A DNA stretch of 64,000 bases, taken from NCBI GenBank assembly GCA_021815445.1, contig JAKAGM010000002.1, positions 307,720 through 371,719 on the forward strand, given 5' to 3'. The notes beneath the pieces were generated by a model, which saw only the letters and a program-made list of their open reading frames with translations, made no database searches and was not told where the DNA came from. Positions 37,326 to 50,400 of the stretch are shown one piece after another (the first letter of the stretch is position 1; each line of letters opens with the position of its first letter). The translations under genes and the position numbers were made by a program. This DNA comes from a bacterium (lineage in GTDB: Bacteria; Patescibacteriota; Patescibacteriia; UBA10025).

Positions 37326-37793
37326 ATGAGTACCGGTCAAGGACTCAATTTGGAAGCTGTTCTTCAGCGGGCAGTAACGGACCTTGATTGCATGATCATT
37401 CTCATCAGGGAACCGAGTCGACAGCACGAGCTCACCGGTGAGGTTCGGGCCGCCCGGGACAGATTTCCCGGCGACAACGCAGGTTTCGCCATCACCGTGC
37501 TTACTGAGGTAATGAACACCCTCCGTGAGCTTCATGGGTGCCATCACGTCGACGGCAAAGGGATTCTGCCCCGCCCTATCGAAGCGCTTGCCATCCTGGA
37601 TCTACTGAAGGAGCAGCTTGAAGTCATCCAGGAGGTTATGGGCGGCAAAACGCCCAGCTGCATCACCAGCCTGGTTGTCGAGATGTACGGTCGCCAGGCG
37701 GTTACCGATCCGGTCGGGGCCGTGTACAATGCTCTTGGCAACGCGGTGCAGATGCTGCAAACCAACGTGCAGGCCCATGCCAACATGCGGTAG
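37326..37793 (+). CDS. Orphan hypothetical protein (helical)
   Basis: SD GGAGGGAGG; promoter TTGACA(37032)-17-TAACGT; hairpin + T run at 37816-37856. Confidence 0.6.
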   Translation: MSTGQGLNLEAVLQRAVTDLDCMIILIREPSRQHELTGEVRAARDRFPGDNAGFAITVLTEVMNTLRELHGCHHVDGKGILPRPIEALAILDLLKEQLEVIQEVMGGKTPSCITSLVVEMYGRQAVTDPVGAVYNALGNAVQMLQTNVQAHANMR

Positions 37794-37830
37794 CGAGTTC
37801 CCCCTACTCGCATCCACTCCAGTCAGGCTT

Positions 37831-38427
37831 TTATAGATGGCTGGAGTTCTTTTTTTGATTTCCCCAAATACTCATCGCCTTTTCCGGGGATGTTTGAATT
37901 GCTTGCACGATAAGTCCGGCGATGGCGGGAATAAGCGACAAAAGCGTATGCTCGTCATCGCGTGAAAAAGCGGATAAAACAAACCGGTCAGTATCCTGTT
38001 TCTTCTGTTTATCTGTCCGGGAGTCAATGCCTATTCGGAAACGAAGCGCGTCCTTTGTCCCAAGCACTTGGATAATATGCTCAACCCCCCGATGTCCCGC
38101 CGATGACCGTCCCCGCTGGATTTTTACCTTGCCGAATGCCAGGTCAATGTCGTCGTGGACTATCCAGACATCCTCGGGAGCTGTCTTATACATATTGCTC
38201 ACAGCGGCTACTGCATCTCCCGAGAGGTTCATGAATGTTGCCGGTTTAATGACAACAACTTTTTCACGGCCGATGCGTCCCTCAGCGACCTCCGCGCGGA
38301 GTTTTGACTTTTTTGCCCATTTGGCATCAAAGTTCGCGACGAGCGCCTCGACAATCCGAAACCCGAGGTTGTGCCTCGTGTTTCTGTACTGAGCGCCCGG
38401 ATTGCCAAGACCTACAATTAATTTCAT
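37831..38427 (-). CDS. pth: Peptidyl-tRNA hydrolase
   Basis: LIVGLGNPG..Y..TRHN.G, KP.TFMNLSG, HDDIDL, AGHRG. Confidence 0.96.
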   Translation of the reverse strand: MKLIVGLGNPGAQYRNTRHNLGFRIVEALVANFDAKWAKKSKLRAEVAEGRIGREKVVVIKPATFMNLSGDAVAAVSNMYKTAPEDVWIVHDDIDLAFGKVKIQRGRSSAGHRGVEHIIQVLGTKDALRFRIGIDSRTDKQKKQDTDRFVLSAFSRDDEHTLLSLIPAIAGLIVQAIQTSPEKAMSIWGNQKKNSSHL

Positions 38428-39770
38428 GGTCGTACTTCTCTTGCTGTTACCAGTTTAAAGCTGATGGGAATTCCCGTAAAATCAAACTCTTTCCGCATCC
38501 TGCCCTCTATATACCGCAGGTATGCGTGAGCCACGGCGCCCGGTTCGTTGACGAGCATTTGGAAGCGGGGAGGATCCACGTGGTACTGGGTGAGTGAGGA
38601 AATATACGGACGCTTCTTGCCCAGCCGCTGTCCCGGCGGATGCCTGGTGATTAACTTCAGCAGGAAATGCTGAAGGTCATTTTGCGGAATCTCGCGGAGC
38701 TGGAGCCGGCGGATATCCTGCGCGAGCGGAAAAAGATCCACAATCCTTTGCCTGTTCAGTGCGGAGGTGAAAATAATGGGCGCCCACGGGATCATAGGAA
38801 GGGCGCGGCGGTAGTATTCGGTATATTTCTTGAGGGTTTGATGCGTCTTATCTTGGATAAGGTCCCATTTATTCGCCAGTATGATAATTCCTTTCTTCGC
38901 TTTTACAGCGAGGTTGATGACGTGTAAATCGTGCATGGTGAGCGTTTGGGTGACGTCGGTGACTACCACGGCTATATGAACCGATTCGATAGCATGCCTG
39001 CTCATCAGAACCGTGGTGCGCTCCAGGGCATCCGATATTTTCCTCTCTTTTCTGAGACCGGCCGTATCAACAAAGGTATAGTCGCGCTCTTTCCAGTTTA
39101 TCGTCACGTCCCGCGGTTCCCTGGTCGTGTGCGGAGTAGAGGACACGATATATCGCTCTTCCCCGACTAACGCATTCATGATGGTTGATTTTCCCGTATT
39201 CGTCTTTCCTATCAGCGCGAGGCGGATGGGGGCCTCTTCGGCCATCGCCCTTCCTTTAGGCGCGCCGCAACGTTTCGCTATTGCGTCTAACAGATCACCG
39301 ACACCGGCGCCCGTCATCGCCGAGATGAGGAATATATGTTTAAAGCCGAGCCTGTAAATCTCAGTCGCAGGGGAGAGCAGGTCTCTCGGGCTGTCCAGTT
39401 TATTCACCACCACAAAAACTTTAGCGGAGATTTTACGCAGGCTTCGGGCCAAAACGAGATCGTCATCGGTGACGCCGACGCTTCCGTCGATCATGCAGCA
39501 TACCAGGTCGGCATCGGCGACCATGGCCAGTGACTGTTTTTGGACAGAGGTATTCACGCTGTTGGTCGTTTTTTGTACCAGGCCCCCGGTATCGACGAGG
39601 AGGAAATGGGTCCGTTGCCATTCCACGTCCGCCTGGTTCATATCACGCGTCGTTCCGGGTACTTCTGAAACCAAAGCCTGCTTTTTTTCAAGAATGGCGT
39701 TAAAAAGAGTTGACTTGCCAACGTTAGTACGCCCGACGAGCGCGACGACGGGAAGCTTTGGTGGGGCCAT
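38424..39770 (-). CDS. der: Ribosome biogenesis GTPase Der (EngA)
   Basis: Two G domains (GRTNVGKS, GKTNTGKS; DTGG/DTAG; NKLD/NKWD) plus KH-like C-terminus. Confidence 0.95.
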   Translation of the reverse strand: MAPPKLPVVALVGRTNVGKSTLFNAILEKKQALVSEVPGTTRDMNQADVEWQRTHFLLVDTGGLVQKTTNSVNTSVQKQSLAMVADADLVCCMIDGSVGVTDDDLVLARSLRKISAKVFVVVNKLDSPRDLLSPATEIYRLGFKHIFLISAMTGAGVGDLLDAIAKRCGAPKGRAMAEEAPIRLALIGKTNTGKSTIMNALVGEERYIVSSTPHTTREPRDVTINWKERDYTFVDTAGLRKERKISDALERTTVLMSRHAIESVHIAVVVTDVTQTLTMHDLHVINLAVKAKKGIIILANKWDLIQDKTHQTLKKYTEYYRRALPMIPWAPIIFTSALNRQRIVDLFPLAQDIRRLQLREIPQNDLQHFLLKLITRHPPGQRLGKKRPYISSLTQYHVDPPRFQMLVNEPGAVAHAYLRYIEGRMRKEFDFTGIPISFKLVTAREVRP

Positions 39771-39785
39771 AGGGGTGTCCTGATG

Positions 39786-41234
39786 CTATATATTTTTTGT
39801 GAGTCGGGACGCCTGATCAGCCCCTAAGACTACGAGAAAATCAGGGGATACCGCGGAATTTGCAACGTTTTTGAGCGCATTTGCGTTCAACGTTCCATTT
39901 TGTATCTTTACCGGAACGGCGTTCCCGACTATTTGCGTATTAAAGAAATTCTTGAGGCGATCGAGAGAATTCGGTTTAGTCCCGCCGGTGAAGTCGTAGA
40001 TGACTGTCTGAGTAAAATCGCGGCGGGCGGCATTCTTTACATTTATGACATCAAATGATTCTGCGCCAAGCTCCTGTGAAATCTGCGCGGCAAGACCGGC
40101 GACTTGAGAACCGTTTTGAAGTTCTATGCGCGGACGCTCTTTTGCTATGAGATTCTCCATAAAGATATTCTTTGCGAGTAGCTTCACCGCGTCAAAGTTG
40201 CCGCTCTTCGGTAAAAGGATATACGCGCCGTCTTGGGTAGTCGCTGACTTAAGGAGATTATCGGGCGAATCATCAAGCACTTTGGTAATCATGGAATCCG
40301 TCTGCAGACTGCCGGCCATTTTTGCTAATCTCAGTATTTCCCATAACTGGAGGTTAGTCCTGTTGTGCTGGCCGATATCATCGAGTGCGGTAATGATGCT
40401 CTTGGGGGTTGTCAGCGTTGCAAGCGAAAGTCCTTGGTCCTTCACTGCCAGCAGGACTTTTTGCTGCCGTTTGGAGCGGGCGAAATCCGAGCCTTCGCCA
40501 TTGGTGCCGTGGCGGGAACGCACGTATTTGAGTGCCGTTGCGCCATCCATTTTCTGAAGCCCTTTTTGGAAACGGACCGTCTGGTATCCGTACTGTTCTG
40601 TAGGGTAGGAGTAGTCGGCAAAGCTCGTGTCGACATTTACCCAGATGCCGCCGAGATCATCAATGACCTTTTTAAAACCCGTGAAATCTATGCGGGCGAA
40701 GTAGTTGATGGGCTGTCCCGTCACGTCCGATACAACCCGGCTGAGGAGCGTTTCTCCCCCTCCCGGGTACTGGTCACTATGCCCGAAGGCCATGGCGTTG
40801 TTAATCTTTCTGGCGCCGTATCCGGGAATGTCGACATAGAGGTCTCGGGGAATCGAAAGCATGGCTACTTCGCGTGTCGAGGGCTTGATGCTGACCATAA
40901 TAATGGTGTCAGCCAAGTATGCCCCGTCATGTCCTTCGCCGCCTATCCCTATAAGGAGGATATTGATACGATCGGCTGATTCGCCGTCAAGCTGTTTGTC
41001 CGGGCTGGATATCAACCGCTTAAGCTGGTCGAAGAAAACGACCTTCTCGCCTGTTTGAGTGTTCGTGCTGTTTACCGAAAGTATTACCTTGGCCGTTATT
41101 CCAAGAGCGAAGCCGACGAGGACCATTCCCAATAAAACAAAAAGCCATCCGAGCTTCCTGGTTTTTATCCGCTTCATTTCGGGCTGTTTGATTACCTCGT
41201 CCTTTTTCGTTTGTTCCTTTGGCGTTTCTTCCAT
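39786..41234 (-). CDS. LCP (LytR-CpsA-Psr) family protein with LytR_C domain
   Basis: INILLIG, DTII, SIPRDLYV, KIN.A, ALKYVRSRH, SDFARSKRQQ; C-terminal ELQNGS..GLA. Confidence 0.92.
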   Translation of the reverse strand: MEETPKEQTKKDEVIKQPEMKRIKTRKLGWLFVLLGMVLVGFALGITAKVILSVNSTNTQTGEKVVFFDQLKRLISSPDKQLDGESADRINILLIGIGGEGHDGAYLADTIIMVSIKPSTREVAMLSIPRDLYVDIPGYGARKINNAMAFGHSDQYPGGGETLLSRVVSDVTGQPINYFARIDFTGFKKVIDDLGGIWVNVDTSFADYSYPTEQYGYQTVRFQKGLQKMDGATALKYVRSRHGTNGEGSDFARSKRQQKVLLAVKDQGLSLATLTTPKSIITALDDIGQHNRTNLQLWEILRLAKMAGSLQTDSMITKVLDDSPDNLLKSATTQDGAYILLPKSGNFDAVKLLAKNIFMENLIAKERPRIELQNGSQVAGLAAQISQELGAESFDVINVKNAARRDFTQTVIYDFTGGTKPNSLDRLKNFFNTQIVGNAVPVKIQNGTLNANALKNVANSAVSPDFLVVLGADQASRLTKNI

Positions 41235-41334
41235 AGCGCATTGAGTATAGTGGACAGTATAGGAATTTTTAGACAATTCGTCAATTCTTCGACATACATT
41301 TCATATCTAAGTCACATCTGGGGCACAATCTGCC

Positions 41335-41405
41335 ATTGGTAAGTCGGGAATAGTGGACAAATACCGACTTTTCGTGTATACTATGAATGTTAAAAATTGG
41401 TAAGT
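41335..41405 (+). promoter_or_regulatory. Promoter of the giant-protein locus with candidate operator repeats
   Basis: TGGACA(41354)-17-TATACT(41377); IR AAGTCGG-N16-CCGACTT (41341-41370); direct repeat ATTGGTAAGT at 41335 and 41396. Confidence 0.5.
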
Positions 41406-41456
41406 GAGACCGTTTTTTTCTCTGTATAAAGCCAAAAGTTCATTTGGGAAAAAACA

Positions 41457-44400
41457 TTGCGTTTCATCTCTCTAGGACAATTTAAGGAAAAAATCAAGCG
41501 AAACAAAAGGTTTGATTTTCGCTCTCTTCCGAAACTCCTCAGTCTCGAACAAGTGAGCGAGATTCTTGGCGTCCATCAAAATACCCTCCGCAACTGGGAC
41601 AACATCGGCAAGCTGAAATCTGTCAGGATTGGAAAGCGCCATGACAGGAAGTACGAACGTGATCGGATCGAGAAACTTTTCCTCGACATGCGCGCCTCAC
41701 AAGCAGGGGCAAAGAGAGACGCCCAGAAAAACGGAAAGAAACATAGGCGAGGCGCGGAGCGCAGGAATGAAGGCCCGCTTCTCGGCTTTTGGCTGATAGG
41801 GAATGTCCGTTCAGTGATCATCTATGGCCTTCTCGGATTGGTGGTTTTCTTTTTTTCTGTCCAGAACATGTCGCTTGGCAAGATACTCTTTGCCAGAGCG
41901 GAGAATGATGCGCTAGTAACCATGCGGCTACAGTCGGCAGATTGTTCCGGATGGCTCAATCCAGAAAAAGCAAGGTTTATCGACGCACTCGCGAAGACTC
42001 CGCTCGATGAATTCCTTGAGACCAATTCCGCGGTGTACTCAAATCAATTTGCTTTCCGCAGTGCAGGCCCCCCCGCGCTTAATGAAGTGCCCGGCCAGCC
42101 CGTGCAGCCCGAGAATACAGCGGCAAACACCAGCGCCGCACCGGTAAATGATGCGGCGGCTCCTCCCGCCAACACTGCTCCCGCACCCGTTCCATCCGCC
42201 GATCCTGCCCCGGCTTCTTCTGACCAGACGGCTCAGGTCAATCCGCAATTAATATGCCAGGGATATACGTTCGACCAGCCGGTCCCTGACGGTTCTCGCT
42301 TAGAAAAAGCGACCCTCGTAGTCTCGTTCGCGGCTGACACCTTTGCAAACAACGAAGACGTCGTTGATTTTTCTTACTCGTTCAACGGCAAGGACTGGAA
42401 GAAGCTCAGTTCTTTTGCCCTGCTCCAGGATATGAGCAATGCGACAAATGACGGCTACTTGTCCTATCCCATCGAAGTAAGCTCCTTCGATGATATTAAA
42501 AACCTCTCTGTCCGCGTCGACTACAACGCCTTTCCCGCGACTCAAGGTTCGAGAGCTTTTTTCGACGGCGCGGCGCTTGATGTCCTCATCCGCAAGCCCC
42601 CCCCTCCGAAGCTCGCGAATGAACTTACGCAAAGCACGACAATCGTAAAAGCCGACGTTGCCCCTTCAGAGGATCCGACGCTTGACGTCACAGTCGAAAA
42701 AAAATCAACCCTCGACTTCCTCGGGGTCGGTCCCACCACGCGCGACGTCCAGTCTGTGACAATCACCGATCCCGGCGGCAATACTAAGACAGTGAATCTT
42801 GATATCCAGGATAAGCAGGTAGGAAAGAATACCGTGGCTCAATATGTTATCCCAAAAGAAGATCTCTCCAGGCCTGGTCTCTATAAGGTGAGCATGCAGG
42901 TAGAACAGGACGGGTATATCCAAGAGGTTTCAAAAGAATTCAGCTGGGGAGTCATCGCAGTCAACGTGAGGTCCTCGGTCATCGAACCGGATACGTACAC
43001 CGAAGTCGGAATGTCGGTCCTCGATGACTTTGGGCACGCGCAGTGCGCCGCTTTCATCGAGGTGACGGTGCGCCATCCGGGAAATTTTGTGGAAAAATTC
43101 TCCACAACTGATAAAACAGTGGTAAAAAATCCCACCTGCAAGGACCAAAGTGTAACAAATGAGCCGGATTATTCGGCATTTTTTACCACAACGACAGTGG
43201 GGAAATATACCGTCGACGTTACGGCTACAACAGAGAAGGGGACGCACACCATTTCCGATTCTTTTGAAGTGAGAAGCAATCCGCAGTTTACCATCGAAAG
43301 GACTGAGTTTCCTACGCGCATTTTCCCTTTTGTGGATTACCCGGTCAAATTCACCGTCACCTCTCAGCAGGATTTCACGGGGGTCTTTATGGAAAAAGTC
43401 CCTGTCGGTTTCCAGATTTACGATATCACTCAGCGCGGGGCGGAGCTTGGCGGAAGTAACGACCCGCAGTATAAAGTCATCACCTGGCCGGTCGCTCTCA
43501 CCGCGGGGAAGCCGTACACGCTCGGGTACACGTTCAATCCCCCCGACCAGGTGCCTTTTCTGTATAAACTCGGGCCGGCAAATATCGGTAATTTTACGGA
43601 AGCCCGCCAGTGGCAGATTGCGTCTGATGCGGCATGCTCGTCCGCAGGATCCGGTGCCTGGACCACGACAGCCACCTGGTCTGGGTGCAGGGTAGGCGGA
43701 CCCATTGCCGGCGATACCGTACAGATTAATTCCGGGCACATGATTACGATTTCAAACAGTACCGCGGTAGCTGCAGCAAGTGTCACCATTATCACGAATA
43801 ACAGCGCCACGGTGAACGGTCTTACGTTCGGAAACTCGGGTTCTTCATTGGCTATTACTGGCGCCATTACCATCCCTGCGGCCACGGCGTCGGGCGGATC
43901 GCTCGTTGCCGTAGATGCCGGAAGCATTACCACTACAAGCGGGACCAGTTCAGTGTCCATATCAGGCGCAGCGGCGCTGACCAGTATTTTTAGAATTAGT
44001 ACAGGGTCTGTTACTTTGACTGGTGGCGTTACATTTGGTGGCACGCAATCGAATGCGCAGCTCACATTCACAGGCGCCGGTTCACTGACTATCGGGGCCG
44101 GCATGGGTACCGGAGGTACGTTTACCAAGAGCACGAGCACGGTCACCTTCAACGGCACCGGAGCGCAGAATATTACCGGGTATAACTACAACAACCTGGT
44201 GGTCAATAACGCCGGCTTGACGCTCACAACGGTTCAGGATGGCGCTAATACATTCACGGTGGGCGGCACCACGACAATTACTGCCGGCACGCTGACCATG
44301 GGAAACTTCGCGCACACCTTTACCGGCGCGACCTCGGTTACAGGAACCCTGAACACAAGTGGCGGCACTACGGGTAATCGGACATTTACCGGGGCAGTAA

Positions 44401-47400
44401 CGGTTAATAGTTCCGGTACGTGGGATTTATCCGGGCAAAATCCGGCGACAATTTTCGCAAACGGCATAACGGTCAGCACCGGGGCGACGTCATTCAATAA
44501 CGGCACCGGAACGGTAGCTTTTAACACAAATAACCAGGCGCTTGCGGGTTCCGTAGGTATGACTTTTGGCGGGACTGCGACTATAGCCAGCGGTGTTACA
44601 TTGACGAATAACAACACGGGCACGGTTAATTTCAGCGCGGCTACTAATTGCCTTACCGGCGCCAGCGCAACCTTATCGATTTTTACGACCGGGACCAATT
44701 CAACCACCCAATGCGCCAGCGCTCTTCTGGGTGCAGGCGGATCCAGCACCGGCTTGTTAAATCCTAGCGGTACCGGGAGCACAGTTGAGTACAACGGGGG
44801 CAGCCAGACGGTAAAAGCGCATAATAGTACGAATAATTATGTCAATATTAAGTTAAGCGGCTCAGGCACCAAGACGCTCACGACTACCGATGTTACGTAT
44901 ACCGGTAACTTCGATATTACCTGCTCGTCGGCCTGCTCGACTGCTCTTGTGGTCGCCAACACCGCTATCCAGGGTACCCTGACAGTCGGTGCAAACGCGA
45001 CCTTCACCGCCGGCGCATTCGCTCTCACGGTAACCGGGACCACCAATGTGCAAAATACCGGCGTTTTATCGATAACATCGGCCACCGGCACCAAGGCGTT
45101 TAACGGCGACGTCACAATCGACAACGGCGGGAGGTGGAGTGTCGCTATATCGGTCAACTTTACATTGCCGGGCAATTTGACAAACAACGGCACATTCACT
45201 CCCAGCACCGGCACCTATACGCTGTCAGGCGCAGGAAAAGCAATCTCCGGCACTTTTGCCAGCCCCTTTACCACCGTCACCCTCACCGGCGGCGGCGCTC
45301 AGAATAATGCGGGGACTTTTACAACGGCAACGCTGAATGTGAATGCCGCGTTTGCCAATACGGGAACGATTACTGTCACCTCGGCTTTGGCCGGGACAAA
45401 TACATTGACTAACAGCACGAATGGAAATTTGAATATTAATGTGGCGGCGGCGAGTTATACGCTCACCGGCCTTGCGGCAAGCGCCTCGGGTAATACAGTT
45501 TCATGGGGATTTGCCGGCGCGCAGACCGTCACTCCGTCGATTAGCTACTACAACCTTACTCTGGCCGGCAGTGGCGCCAAGACACTGACCAACGTAACTA
45601 CGGTTAGCAACAATCTCACTATGGCAGGTACAGCAACTGCCACTATTGTTACGGCCACCATGGCTATCGGCGGAGATTTGGTAGTGGGCGGAGGGACAAC
45701 TATCACTATCGGCGCCACTACGACTATCGGCGGCGGTGATATTACGACTTCCGGCACTTCGGCTACAGTGGGCACTTCAGGCACGCCGACAGTGACCATT
45801 TCCGGCACAGGGAGTCTCGGCGGCGGCACATCACCGGGCCTGACTTTTTACGACCTGACCATTTCTGGTACGCAGACTATCAACGACCCTTATGCCATGA
45901 CCATCAATCACACACTGACGGTCAACGGCACGCTTAACGGCACGGGAAGTCCCGCAACGCTGGGCAGTATCGTCGGTACGGGCACTATTACGATGGCCAG
46001 CCCGTCGGCGTGGCTCGTGTATCCAACTGCCTCAATTAATTTCGGCACCACTTCCGGCTCTACGGCATGGACATTCTATAGCATGACAGTGAGCGCCGTC
46101 CTTGCAAGCGCCGATGTCACTCTTACTACGCAGGCAGGCACCGGTGATATTACCTTTAATGGCACTTTGCAATTGTCCAGTTTTGGCGACTCGTTTTATA
46201 CCAATTTAAATGCCGGCGGCAGAAATTGGATTATGTCGGCTACGAATAATGCAAAGCCCTTTGAGCTCGATGTCGGCGGCGCCGGTGTCCTGATAGCCAG
46301 TACTTCTACGTTCCAATTTACGGGCAATAATGCCTCCGGCAATGTAACCCTGCAAAATGCCACATATAATAATCTGACTTTGGGCGGGGCATCCGCCGAA
46401 ACTTTTGACACTGAGGCCTCGCTGACGGTTTCCGGCACGCTGAACGTTGCCGCGAACGGCACTTTGGCCATCGGCAGTACGCACACCGTGACGCACAGCG
46501 GCGCCACATTGACCCTAGCCGGAATCATCTCCGGCGCCGGACGGCTGGCGTATCAGAGTGCCACGGCATTTCCTACTACGGGGACCATTTCATCGATCGT
46601 GCGATTCGATGCGACGAATAATGATCAAACAATGTCAGCCCGCACATACGGCGGCAACGTCGAGATTTACAACGTCAGCAGTTCATTTACGCGGGCCGTC
46701 ACCATGACCGCGACTGCTACCCAGGTGATCAGCGGCTCCCTAAGCATCAATGCCGCTGGAACTGCCGGGATCACCCTCGATGCATCGGTAAACAACCCGA
46801 CGGTCACTGTCGGGGGGAGTATCTCTTCAACAGCGGGCGGAGGGGGGCTTCAAGTGCTTTACGCAGGTACCGGCTCGTGGACTGTCGGCGCGAACTTCGA
46901 TATGACCAATATCCAGCTGACCGTAGGTACGGGAAACACGATTATAATGTCCGGTACGGGGACCTTTACTTCCGGTGGGTATAACATGCAAAATCTTACG
47001 CTCTCCGGAACTATTACACTTGCAAATGCCGCCCATACGGTATACGGCAACCTCGATATGACGGGGGGGACCATTACCGCCGGGACGTCAACAATGTATA
47101 TGAGAGGGACGGCAAATTTGGTTGGCGGCAACCAGAGTCTCTATAATCTGACCGCAAATGGTAACGCCAATACGCTGACCGTTACCTCCAATGTTACAGT
47201 GACGAATGTGTTGACTATCGGCTCGGTGGGGGACAACAACAACGATACGATGTCCATAAATGGCGGTATCAGCGTGACTTCCGGCACATCGGGTACCGTC
47301 ACGCTCTCGGGAAGCGGGACTGATACCATCTCCGGCGCGGGAACATTGGTAATGCAAAACTCCAACCTGAATACTCTCGGCGTTCTCTCTTCGAAGGTGA

Positions 47401-50400
47401 GATTCGATGCGACCAGCGGCGACATCAACATGCCTGCCCGCACGTACGGCGGCGCCGTAGAGATTTATAACAATCATGCAACCACTGCCCGCGTCGTCAC
47501 CATGCTCGCAACCGCCACGCAGACTCTTTCCGGCGATCTGACGGTCATCGCGGCCAACGGCGGTGACATCACTCTTGCCGGAGCTACATATAATCCTACC
47601 GTCAGCATTACAGGCAGTGTTGCATTTACCAAGAGCAGTACCGGAACGCCTATTATTACCACGGGCACTGGTACGTGGACAGTGGGCACAACGCTTGATT
47701 TGACCAACGGTACGTTTACCGCTGCGGCAACCAATACCGTGCTCATGGGCGGCACCGGCAATCTGATCGGAGCCGGCCAAACATTAATTAACCTCACGAT
47801 TGACGGAAACGGCAACACCGTTACCATAACTACTTCGGATATATCCGTCAGCGGGACGCTCACTATCGGCGGAGCGGCAGACGGTAATAACGATACGCTG
47901 TCGATAGGCTCGGGCAGGCTTGTCACCTCCACGTCCGCAGGCACTGTTACGCTTATTGGCAGCGGCACTGACACCATTTCCGGTACGGGGACTCTTGTCG
48001 TAAAAAACAATAATTTAGGCACGGCTGGGACACTCTCTGCTCCCGTCAGATTCGATGCGACAGCGGCAGATCTGACTATGCCCGCACGGACGTATGGGGG
48101 TGATGTGACAATTTACACATTTAAAGTTGTTGTCGATCGTACGGTTACTATGTCAGCAGGGACATATATCATCTCAGGAAACTTGGACATGAATCCTAAT
48201 AATCCTCAGGGAGGTGTGCGGGCATTAACGCTGGATGCCGCAACAAATGATCCCGCAGTAAATGTCACCGGAAACGTTACAAATTCAGAAACAGGGGTTC
48301 TGGGGTACTCGATTATATTAGCTGGAGCAGGTACATGGACGATTACGGGGTATGCAAATTTTCAAAGTCAATGGGGAACAGGAACTGATTTTTTAACCGA
48401 AACAAACAGCACGCTTGTGATGAACGGGACCTCAAAAACGCTGTACCCGGGCAACAACTTGACTCTGTATAATTTTACTAGCGGGGGCACAATCGCTGCC
48501 TCAGGCATGACTGTAAGTAATACTCTGTTGATATCTTCTGGTACATTAACTATGGATATGACTCTCTTGACCGTGGGGAACAACTTTACTAATAATGGCG
48601 CCTATACGGCTAGCTCAGGCACTGTAAATATGACCGGTACCAGCGGCTCCATAGGCGGATCGGCCTCCACGACATTTTATAACCTTTTGATTAATGGGAC
48701 GAATATCACAACTACGGTGAATACGAGCGCAACGGTAAGCGCTACGCTTACCGTCGGCGCCGCCGGCGACGGTAACAACGACGAGCTCTCTATCGCGAGC
48801 GGCAAGACGCTAACGTCCGCGACTACGGGCACCGTGACGCTCATCGGAAGCGGAACGGACTCAATCACGGGCTTAGGCACGTTAGTCGTGAGAAATTCGA
48901 ATTTAGAAGCCACCAATGGCACTATTTCCGCCAACGTCCAATTCAACGCATCGAGCGGGAGTATTAACATGCCTGCGCGGTCATACGGCGGAAATGTGGA
49001 AATATACAGCTCCGGAATATTGCCGCGCACGGTTACTATTGCATCATCCGGGACAGTCAACATCACCGGAAATCTTACCGTTACTGACGCCGGAACCGGT
49101 GTGTCATTGTCCGGGATGAACAATCCCACTGTGAATATCACCGGCAGCATAAATCCGTGTAATCCAGCCACCGACGCATTTATTACGACCGGAACCGGCG
49201 TATGGACGGTCTCTGCCGGCGCGGACTTTACTCTGTGCTCGCTTACTGCGACAAGCGGCAATACCCTCGTGATGAATGGCGCCGGCACGCTGAGAACCTC
49301 TGTAAATACCCTGCAAAATCTGACGCTCTCCGGTACAATAACCCTCGCCAATGAGGTAGAGACCATCGCAGGCAATCTCGACATGACCGGCGGAACGATT
49401 ACTCCCGGCACATCCACCATAGTAATGACCGGGACTAAAGATCTGATTGGTGGAAGCCAGACTCTTAATAATCTCACCATTAACGGAGTCAACACTACAG
49501 TCACAGCAAAGACTTCGAATCTCAGCGTCTCCGGCACCCTGACGATTGGCGGCGCAGCTGACGGCGATAACGACACATTCACGATCAACAGCGGTATCGC
49601 GGTAACCTCGGGAACTGCAGGTACCGTAACGCTCGTCGGCAGTGGCACCGACTCAATCACCGGTGCGGGAACACTCACTGTTCAAAATTCCAACCTTGGC
49701 ACAGGCGGGGTATTGTCCCCGATAGTACGGTTCGATGCCACAAACGGGGATATCGCAACGATGCCTGCGCGCACATACGGCGGGTTAGTGGAAATTTACA
49801 ACGGCCACGCCAGCACGGCGCGCACAGTGACCATGAGCGCTCTAGCCACCCAGACTCTCTCGGGAAACTTAAGCGTCATTGCAAATAGCGGAGGCAACAT
49901 CACGCTTATCGGCGCTCTAAACAATCCGACAGTCAACATCACCGGCGGCGTTTCGTTCGCCAAAAATAGCACGGGCACTATCACCGTCACTTCGGGCACG
50001 GGCACATGGAGCGTCGGCGGAGCAGTGAACTTTACCAACGGCACCTACACGGCGGCAACTGGTAATGTATTGGCGATGAGCGGCTCTGTCAATCTGATCG
50101 GGAACGGCCAAAGTCTCTATGACCTGAACGTGAACGGGACGACCAATACTGTCACGGCGACGACATCGGACGTCAGCATCGCTGGAACGCTCACGGTGGG
50201 ATCGGGCAACATATTGTCGATTGCATCCGGCCGCACGGTAACATATTCCGGGAGCGGGAATGTCGCCGGTACAGGTACTATCAGCGGCGCCGGAACCATT
50301 ACCTTTACTGATACATCCGGCGGTCCGGGGACGGCACTTACTACCCTGAGCGCTGTCTCGCGCTATGACGCGACAAACGGCAATATCGCCTCCACGACAT

